Of a stretch of DNA of 40,877 nt, positions 34,840 to 40,877 are shown in pieces. How positions within the stretch are numbered: the first letter of the stretch is position 1; each line of letters starts with the position of its first letter. Origin of the DNA: a virus; UHGV virus genome UHGV-1515682. One strand, given 5' to 3'. The notes beneath the pieces are model-generated. The model made no database searches and was not told the origin of the DNA. It was given only the letters and a program-made list of their open reading frames with translations. The position numbers were made by a program, and so were the translations under genes.

Positions 34840-35568
34840 ATGGAAGTTTTCTGGATAGTTGTTGGTGTGGTTGCGGTGATTATTTACGTTATCAACCAGA
34901 ACAAGACTAAGATCTCTGATCGTACGGTCGTTAATCATAACAAAACGATAAAGACCGAAGATGGGGAGATAACGATTAATCGTACACAGGTGATAGAACA
35001 CACCTCTACTCAGTTTCAAAAAACTGGAGGTAATGCGCCTAATATTTCCGCACCTCCTGCTTATGATAGTGCGGTAATCCAGACATATTATAAACAGCAG
35101 GAGTTAGCAAAAGAGAGGCAACTGATTCAGCCAAAGCCGTTTACAGCTGAGATTCCACCTGGAGTGTCAACGCGTCCGGCATATCATGGAAGATTCCCTG
35201 GTGATGACATATCGTCTCAGTCATCTAAAAAAGCACCTCAGGCAATATCAGAGCCAGCAAGAATACCTTCTGTATCGCCGCCAAAAGAAGAATCAGCTAA
35301 CAGAGTTTCAAGTGGTAGCAAGCAGTGCTTGCGATGCAGAATAAACCTTCCATATGAAAAATTCAGGAAATCGTCAAAAAATCCAGATGGATTGACTAAA
35401 TGGTGTGCAAGGTGTCTCGATGGCCCAAAGAATACACGCCATATGAAGTGGTGCCCAATTTGTAATGTCCGCAGAAAACGAACCAGCTTTTACCCTAATA
35501 ATCAAAATGCGGACGGCTTAATGGCATGGTGCAAAACGTGCTGGGATGAGCACAAAGCGAAACGATAG
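34840..35568 (+). CDS. Membrane-anchored protein with two C-terminal zinc-ribbon-like repeats
   Basis: 242 aa; N-terminal TM helix; repeated C-x2-C…DG…W-C-x2-C units. Confidence 0.55.
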   Translation: MEVFWIVVGVVAVIIYVINQNKTKISDRTVVNHNKTIKTEDGEITINRTQVIEHTSTQFQKTGGNAPNISAPPAYDSAVIQTYYKQQELAKERQLIQPKPFTAEIPPGVSTRPAYHGRFPGDDISSQSSKKAPQAISEPARIPSVSPPKEESANRVSSGSKQCLRCRINLPYEKFRKSSKNPDGLTKWCARCLDGPKNTRHMKWCPICNVRRKRTSFYPNNQNADGLMAWCKTCWDEHKAKR

Positions 35569-35584
35569 GCCGCTCTTGCGGCCT
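35567..35584. terminator. Hairpin between convergent genes
   Basis: aggccgc-tctt-gcggcct stem-loop overlapping stop of 34840-35568. Confidence 0.45.
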
Positions 35585-35590
35585 TTAAAT

Positions 35591-35848
35591 TTACCGGGTT
35601 TGTTTTCGTAATTGTTCGGCACAATAGTCGAGATGTGTTTGCAGATCCCGCATAGACATCTGTGAGCTGGTGACGTAGTTAATCAGTGCAGTCAGTTCGG
35701 CAAGTGGGCCATCGACATTAAATCCATCCTTATCGAGATCCCGGAGTAATTTCATCAAGTGCGATCCCTCCACCAGTGACCTGACGCCTCCCGGCGTGTG
35801 AATCCTTTCGGTAAATCCGTCTTCCAGTGGATAGTGATACTGCTGCAT
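35591..35848 (-). CDS. Small antirepressor-like protein behind a LexA box
   Basis: 85 aa from ATG 35848 (MQQYHYPLEDGF…) with GGAGAAG RBS; homologous to C-terminal domain of Bro-N protein; near-consensus LexA box 20 bp upstream. Confidence 0.6.
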   Translation of the reverse strand: MQQYHYPLEDGFTERIHTPGGVRSLVEGSHLMKLLRDLDKDGFNVDGPLAELTALINYVTSSQMSMRDLQTHLDYCAEQLRKQTR

Positions 35849-35867
35849 CTTATCTTCTCCATGCAAT

Positions 35868-35887
35868 AACTGTATGTTTATACAGTA
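35868..35887. promoter_or_regulatory. LexA (SOS) box AACTGTATGTTTATACAGTA
   Basis: CTGT-N8-ACAG with AT-rich spacer, 17/20 to TACTGTATATATATACAGTA; overlaps TATAAA -10-like hexamer on minus strand. Confidence 0.65.
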
Positions 35888-35924
35888 ACAAATAATTTGT
35901 TTGCTATCCAGCACGTTTTGCAAA

Positions 35925-35939
35925 TTACCTGAAAGGTAA
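35925..35939. promoter_or_regulatory. Dyad operator-like site ttacctgaaaggtaa
   Basis: Perfect TTACC-N5-GGTAA upstream of LexA box. Confidence 0.5.
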
Positions 35940-36043
35940 TATCTATTCGTATTTACAGCATTTCTATCCATATGTGGTTTTTCAGGTAATAGAATAACCA
36001 GATATGCGGCGCAACGGGTGCTGCGACTATCTGGAGATTTAAC

Positions 36044-38695
36044 ATGACGGTCTCAACCGAAGTTGACCACAACGAATACACTGGTAACGGAGCTACGACA
36101 TCATTTCCGTATACCTTCCGTATTTTCAAAAAATCCGACCTGGTTGTTCAGGTGTCTGACCTGAACGGGAACGTAACAGAATTGGTTCTGGATACTGACT
36201 ACACAGTAACCAATGCTGGAGGATATAATGGCGGTAATGTAATTCTGTCGAAGGCGTTGGCTAACGGTTATCATATTTCTATATCACGAGAACTCCCGGT
36301 TACGCAGGATACTGATTTGCGTAATCAGGGTAAGTTCTTCGCTGAGGTACATGAAGACGCGTTCGATAAACTGACAATGCTTATTCAAAAGTGTTTTTCA
36401 TGGATGAGGTTAGCACTTATAAAACCAAGCATTCTGGCTAACTATTATGATGCAAAAAATAATAAGATATCAAATCTAGCAAATGCCACTGACAGAAACG
36501 ATGCTGTCAATAAAGGTTATGTTGATGATCTTTTTACTGGAGGTGTAACGCCTACACCTAACAGCGCTAAAAACGATATTTTTACAAATCACCAAAGAAA
36601 GATTGTAGCTACGATGCCGCTTCTTTTTCCTGAATATGATGCGATTATGGCTGCTAACCCGTCAGCAACTTATATGTATCCTCAAGGATTCTGCGTTAGC
36701 GAAGATTTGATATACATCACTTATCCATTTGAGCCTAAACAGACGAATAATGTCGTCGCAGTATTTAACATATCTGGTATTTATCAAGGTTATTTCTATG
36801 TTCAGGCTGGCGGCCCAGGCTTCGCTGCTGAAGGAATCGTGGTTACGTCAGACTATGGCCCCAAAAAAATGTTTGTTGGTCACACAAACGGAATACTGCG
36901 TGAATTTAATATGGAGGGGGCATTATACGGAAGCAATCTGCCTCTTGTACAAAACCATGATGTTGGATTATTCAACCAGTTCAGCTACAGAAGAGGTATA
37001 TGGCTCGTTGAGCAGAATGCGCCAGAAGTAGGACAGAAAATCACAAGAACTGTACTTGCAGTGTTCGACAGTGGTTTCAATCGCCTGTCAACTATAACGC
37101 TGCCGTTACATGATGTTGGGTATGTAACTAAAAGCACCTCACCTTATGCGCCTTATTTCAACAAGCGTCAGGGTATTGCGGTAGGTGATAACTACTTTGT
37201 CTGTGGCTATGGCGGCTTCATAGCTGATGGGGCAGGAAGCGCAGGATATAACGAATATCAGGGCAGCAAAGTTTTTAACCCTGACGGTACAAAGCGAACT
37301 GAATCAATGCTTCATCCTCAGGCCATGATGGATTTAATGAAAGCCGCAGGATTGAACGTCACTCGCATAGAAAATGAAGGCGTTTGTGTTTCTCAGGATG
37401 GAAAATCCATTTATTCACTTTACATTCATCAGGAAAGAACTGGCTCTGAACCTTACAATTCAGGTTTGGTTATTTTCGAAGATTTCTCCACTGATAAAGA
37501 TGCTATCGATTTTACACCTGCATCCAGGCTTTACCGCGGATTTGATATCGATCACGCGAGCATTGGGGTATATCCCCGTAGTGCGAAGGGGATTGTTAAC
37601 CCTGTAGATGGTACGTTGTTCACTAACATGACTGAAATTCTTCGCTATATGCAGGAGATGAGTCAGAAGGCATTTAATTTTTACACAGGGACTGTCAGCA
37701 TTGCTGATATATCTGGCGTGGCAATCCCTTCCAGCACATATGTTGAAATACTGAATGCGAATAATCAGACTTTTATAGTCAACTATTATTCATCTGATAG
37801 TGGTATTAGTTATTTGGTTGCAACTAATCCTTCTGGTGACTTTGTATTTGTGCGCCAGCGACCGGCACAGTGGGCATCTAACTTAACCATTCAGCAAAAC
37901 GCAGATCCTGATACAAACCAATTAAACCGCATCACTGCATCATCATATGCCGGTGCAACTACAAACTCTCAGAAAATATTGGTCCTTGACCAGCAGGCTA
38001 CAGCTAGCGCAAATAGCTTGGTATTGGGCGGTAGTTCTTCTGTGTTTAGGTCTGCCACCACGGTGGATATTGCATGCAACAGCGACCCGACAGCATTGGG
38101 AGGAACCATACGCTGGCGGTTTTATGATACAGGTCTTCGCCCGTTTGCTGACAATACCTATAATTTTGGTCAGGCATCGTTTCGTATTAAAGACGCCTAC
38201 TTTGCAAATGCCCCAACCGTTTCATCAGATGCCACGCTGAAAACCAATCCCGAGGCAATATCAGATTTAAGTGAAATGCTTTCTTCTGATAGAGACAGCA
38301 TTCTTGATGCCTGGGGCGATATTTCTGTTGTGGCGTATCGATGGCTCGACGCTATATCCATGAAGGGCGATGGTGCCAGATGGCATTTTGGCGTCATGGC
38401 TCAGCAGGTAAGGGATGTATTCTTGGCGCACGGAATTGATGGAACCAGATTTGGCCTTCTTTGCTATGACGAGTGGGACGATATTTTTGAGCCGGTAATC
38501 GCGACTAAAGAGATTACCGATACGTCTGGTGAGTTGGTCACCGTCGAATATGACACCGGAGAACAGAGGCTGGTTAAAAAAGCGGGTAGTTCATGGGGTA
38601 TACGGCCTGACCAGTGCGCTTGGCTTGAGGCTGCATATCAGCGCCGTCGATGCGATCGTATTGAAGAGCGACTCGAACTATTGGAATCAAAATAA
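36044..38695 (+). CDS. Tailspike/tail fibre with C-terminal intramolecular chaperone (S74-like) domain
   Basis: 883 aa; conserved tail-fibre N-terminus; C-terminal SDATLKTN…HFGVMAQQV…GLLCYDEWDD resembles the autoproteolytic chaperone domain; GGAG RBS. Confidence 0.75.
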   Translation: MTVSTEVDHNEYTGNGATTSFPYTFRIFKKSDLVVQVSDLNGNVTELVLDTDYTVTNAGGYNGGNVILSKALANGYHISISRELPVTQDTDLRNQGKFFAEVHEDAFDKLTMLIQKCFSWMRLALIKPSILANYYDAKNNKISNLANATDRNDAVNKGYVDDLFTGGVTPTPNSAKNDIFTNHQRKIVATMPLLFPEYDAIMAANPSATYMYPQGFCVSEDLIYITYPFEPKQTNNVVAVFNISGIYQGYFYVQAGGPGFAAEGIVVTSDYGPKKMFVGHTNGILREFNMEGALYGSNLPLVQNHDVGLFNQFSYRRGIWLVEQNAPEVGQKITRTVLAVFDSGFNRLSTITLPLHDVGYVTKSTSPYAPYFNKRQGIAVGDNYFVCGYGGFIADGAGSAGYNEYQGSKVFNPDGTKRTESMLHPQAMMDLMKAAGLNVTRIENEGVCVSQDGKSIYSLYIHQERTGSEPYNSGLVIFEDFSTDKDAIDFTPASRLYRGFDIDHASIGVYPRSAKGIVNPVDGTLFTNMTEILRYMQEMSQKAFNFYTGTVSIADISGVAIPSSTYVEILNANNQTFIVNYYSSDSGISYLVATNPSGDFVFVRQRPAQWASNLTIQQNADPDTNQLNRITASSYAGATTNSQKILVLDQQATASANSLVLGGSSSVFRSATTVDIACNSDPTALGGTIRWRFYDTGLRPFADNTYNFGQASFRIKDAYFANAPTVSSDATLKTNPEAISDLSEMLSSDRDSILDAWGDISVVAYRWLDAISMKGDGARWHFGVMAQQVRDVFLAHGIDGTRFGLLCYDEWDDIFEPVIATKEITDTSGELVTVEYDTGEQRLVKKAGSSWGIRPDQCAWLEAAYQRRRCDRIEERLELLESK

Positions 38696-38792
38696 GACCA
38701 AATTTAGGTAATTATTATCCGTAAATGGTTTATTGTGTATGATGGACCTCATCTTCTAAGGGGGTTTTTATGCACAATAAACGGTGGTTACC

Positions 38793-39194
38793 ATGAATGG
38801 CACGGTTACGGCGGATTCACTGAATCAAGGGTTAAGCTTGGGTGCGCTGGCCTCTGTCGTCTACGGCGTTCCGCCAGAGGTGGCTCTCGGTGCTCTGGCT
38901 GGTGCGGTAATATTTGTTACCTCTGCTGTAGAGTATCCTGTTCGTCGTCGTGTACTCTTGTCGATACTCAGCTTTCTTTGTGGTCTTCTCTTTTACAAAC
39001 CAACAACATCAATTCTTATCGGAATAGCCAGCATGATACCTACCATCACGCAGGACTCTTTCGAGAAAGGGATCGTTTTCTCTGCTGGCGCATTCGTGTC
39101 AGCAATTGTCGCAGTGCGAATTGGTATATGGCTCTATCACCGTTCTGATAATCCACGCCAGTTAATTCCTGGGAGAAAAGGCGATGGTAACTAA
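38793..39194 (+). CDS. Holin-like membrane protein
   Basis: 133 aa with several hydrophobic helices; first gene of lysis cassette. Confidence 0.5.
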   Translation: MNGTVTADSLNQGLSLGALASVVYGVPPEVALGALAGAVIFVTSAVEYPVRRRVLLSILSFLCGLLFYKPTTSILIGIASMIPTITQDSFEKGIVFSAGAFVSAIVAVRIGIWLYHRSDNPRQLIPGRKGDGN

Positions 39195-39492
39195 TGAGCT
39201 TGTTTTGCTTATCACCAATGCAATTATTTGTACTGGCATAGCAATTCGCGTTGTCACATTCCGGCGTAACGGCTCTCAACATCGAAGATGGGGAGGGTGG
39301 CTTGCTTATTTCCTTATTGTTGCTGCGGCCAGTATTCCTGTTCGTGTCGCCTATGCAATCTGGTTACGTACGCCAATGGCTGTGGATTTATCTGAGGTCA
39401 TTATCAACGCTGTCATGCTTGCCGCGGTTATTAAAACACGCGGTAACGTTGTTCAGATTTTCAAAACATCGAGGTCTAAACATGGAGATTAA
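39184..39492 (+). CDS. Second holin/antiholin-like membrane protein
   Basis: 102 aa; TM segments; overlaps neighbours on both sides. Confidence 0.45.
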   Translation: MVTNELVLLITNAIICTGIAIRVVTFRRNGSQHRRWGGWLAYFLIVAAASIPVRVAYAIWLRTPMAVDLSEVIINAVMLAAVIKTRGNVVQIFKTSRSKHGD

Positions 39493-40111
39493 ACAATTCC
39501 AGCGAGCTGCTGGTATTAGCGAGGCTCTGGCCGCACGCTGGTTCTCGCATATAACTTCTGCGATGAAAGAGTTTGGTATCAGAAAACCCGAAGATCAGGC
39601 AATGTTTATTGCTCAGGTCGGGCATGAGTCTGGTGGCTTCACCAGGTTGCAGGAGAATTTCAATTACAGCGTCACCGGACTGGCTAACTTCGTTCGTGCC
39701 GGTCGTCTTACTCAGGGACAGGCTAACGCATTGGGTCGTCGTGCAGGCGAGCCACCATTGCCACCTGAGCGCCAGCGTGCGATTGCCAATCTGGTGTACA
39801 GCAAACGCATGGGGAACAATGCCTCTGGTGATGGCTGGAATTACCGTGGCCGCGGACTTATCCAGATTACCGGTTTGAATAACTATCGTGATTGCGGAAA
39901 CGGCCTGAAAGTGGACCTGCTGGAGAATCCTGAACTGTTGGTGCAGGACGAATACGCGGCTCGTAGCGCGGCGTGGTTCTTCTCCAGCAAAGGTTGCATG
40001 AAGTATACCGGCGATATTGCACGTGTAACTCTGATTATCAATGGTGGCAGGAATGGCATCGACGACCGGCGCGTGCGGTACATCACTGCCAGTAAGGTGC
40101 TGGCGGTATGA
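39482..40111 (+). CDS. Endolysin, glycoside hydrolase family 19-like
   Basis: 209 aa; [12 protein letters not shown] and [16 protein letters not shown] motifs typical of GH19 lysozyme/chitinase-type endolysins. Confidence 0.75.
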   Translation: MEIKQFQRAAGISEALAARWFSHITSAMKEFGIRKPEDQAMFIAQVGHESGGFTRLQENFNYSVTGLANFVRAGRLTQGQANALGRRAGEPPLPPERQRAIANLVYSKRMGNNASGDGWNYRGRGLIQITGLNNYRDCGNGLKVDLLENPELLVQDEYAARSAAWFFSSKGCMKYTGDIARVTLIINGGRNGIDDRRVRYITASKVLAV

Positions 40112-40590
40112 TCTGGGCATTCGCAAAAGCATACTGGAAACAGTTGGTTGTCATGGCGATGCTTGCTGTTCTGGTCATATCAGGAGTTGTTGCCTGGAAT
40201 GTGCACGGCAGTCGTCAGTACGACGCTGGGTATGCACAGGCGAAAGAAGACCGCAAAACCGAAGATGAGAGAGTTCGTCAGCACTACGAACAGGAGAAAT
40301 CGATCAATGAACGTGAAGCGCAGCAGAGGATCGACCAGGCGCGCAATGATGCTCTTGATGCTGCCGCTCGCGCTGGCCGGTTGCAGCAACAGCTCGTTGC
40401 CATCCGTGAGCAGCTCAGGCACTATAACGCCATTGTCGGCGCTGGGTCGTCAGCCGCAGACACCGGAGTTTTGCTTGCCGACGTGTTCAGCAAATCTCTC
40501 GAGAGAAATAGACAACTGGCAGAGTATGCTGACCGGGCAGCCGAAGCCGGAAGAGTCTGCGAAAAACAGTACGACACCCTGACCAGATAG
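40108..40590 (+). CDS. Rz-like i-spanin
   Basis: 160 aa; N-terminal TM helix then coiled-coil periplasmic domain; ATGA coupling to endolysin. Confidence 0.65.
   Translation: MIWAFAKAYWKQLVVMAMLAVLVISGVVAWNVHGSRQYDAGYAQAKEDRKTEDERVRQHYEQEKSINEREAQQRIDQARNDALDAAARAGRLQQQLVAIREQLRHYNAIVGAGSSAADTGVLLADVFSKSLERNRQLAEYADRAAEAGRVCEKQYDTLTR
40346..40582 (+). CDS. Rz1-like o-spanin embedded in +1 frame of Rz
   Basis: Lipobox [13 protein letters not shown] followed by Pro/Ser-rich short mature peptide; entirely within Rz-like gene. Confidence 0.55.
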   Translation: MMLLMLPLALAGCSNSSLPSVSSSGTITPLSALGRQPQTPEFCLPTCSANLSREIDNWQSMLTGQPKPEESAKNSTTP

Positions 40591-40741
40591 CATGGCATTT
40601 TTCATGGTACTGATTTCCGGTGACGGTATATAAAACGGTACGAGAAAAATTCATCTTTGGAAAAATGTTATCACTCAATTGGTTATGTGTGTCGTAAATA
40701 ATTGAGTGGGAATGATTTGACCCTGCACTATGAATGAACAA

Positions 40742-40768
40742 AACCCTCTGTTACTACAGAGGGTTTTT
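40742..40768 (+). other. Candidate attR core / terminator hairpin (aaccctctgt-tact-acagaggg + T-run)
   Basis: 25/27 identical to 47-73; follows last phage gene. Confidence 0.45.
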
Positions 40769-40877
40769 TGTGCACAGAAAACCCCCAGCTAGGCTGGGGG
40801 TTCCGGAAAGCTTTCAGCTTTGAGCCAGTTATTAAAACCCCTTTTGATTTGTTAAAACACCTTGCGGTCTGGCAACT

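Noticed and set aside
34446-34840. LexA box upstream of the Bro-N antirepressor gene
   Set aside because: Searched for CTGT-N8-ACAG in the leader and divergent region; only CTGT without a properly spaced ACAG found. The SOS link is proposed only for the small gene at 35591-35848.
136-35939. TTACC-N5-GGTAA as CRP or IHF binding sites
   Set aside because: Half-site spacing and sequence do not fit CRP (TGTGA-N6-TCACA) or IHF (WATCAANNNNTTR); the motif appears phage-specific.
40741-40800. Right-end hairpins as a tRNA or tmRNA attachment target
   Set aside because: No cloverleaf could be folded on either strand near either end; the hairpins look like terminators, so integration into a tRNA gene is not supported in this window.
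1-40877. CRISPR arrays, IS elements or transposases
   Set aside because: No regularly spaced direct repeats with unique spacers and no transposase-like ORF or terminal inverted repeats were seen; the only repeat families are the dyad sites, iterons and palindromes reported above.

Overview
The window looks like one complete, roughly 40.7 kb temperate prophage with a podovirus-like (T7-like order) virion module and a lambdoid-style early region. All calls rest on reading the ORF translations and the DNA by eye; no database search was run. Gene order: tyrosine integrase (193-1443), then a leftward early operon (AlpA-like regulator, RecT-like annealase, PD-(D/E)XK exonuclease, MT-A70 adenine methyltransferase); a CI-like repressor (6337-6921) divergent from a Cro-like gene; lambda O-like initiator with iterons inside the gene; lambda P-like helicase loader; a nin-like block of small genes; small and large terminase; an opposite-strand AT-rich cargo gene plus a phage tRNA-Arg(UCU); portal, scaffold, capsid, tail tubular A/B-like and three large internal virion proteins; an AT-rich accessory island (32.1-35.9 kb) with a lipoprotein, a Bro-N antirepressor and a small antirepressor-like gene behind a near-consensus LexA box; tailspike with a C-terminal chaperone domain; and a lysis cassette (two holin-like genes, GH19-type endolysin, Rz with embedded Rz1). 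The most notable signal is a 15-bp dyad motif, TTACC-N5-GGTAA, found at least 14 times and only in intergenic regions, including both sides of the repressor gene. Together with a repressor that lacks a recognisable autocleavage domain and the LexA-boxed antirepressor, this suggests a dispersed-operator immunity system induced by an SOS-controlled antirepressor. Near-identical hairpins at 47-73 and 40742-40768 are candidate attL/attR cores.
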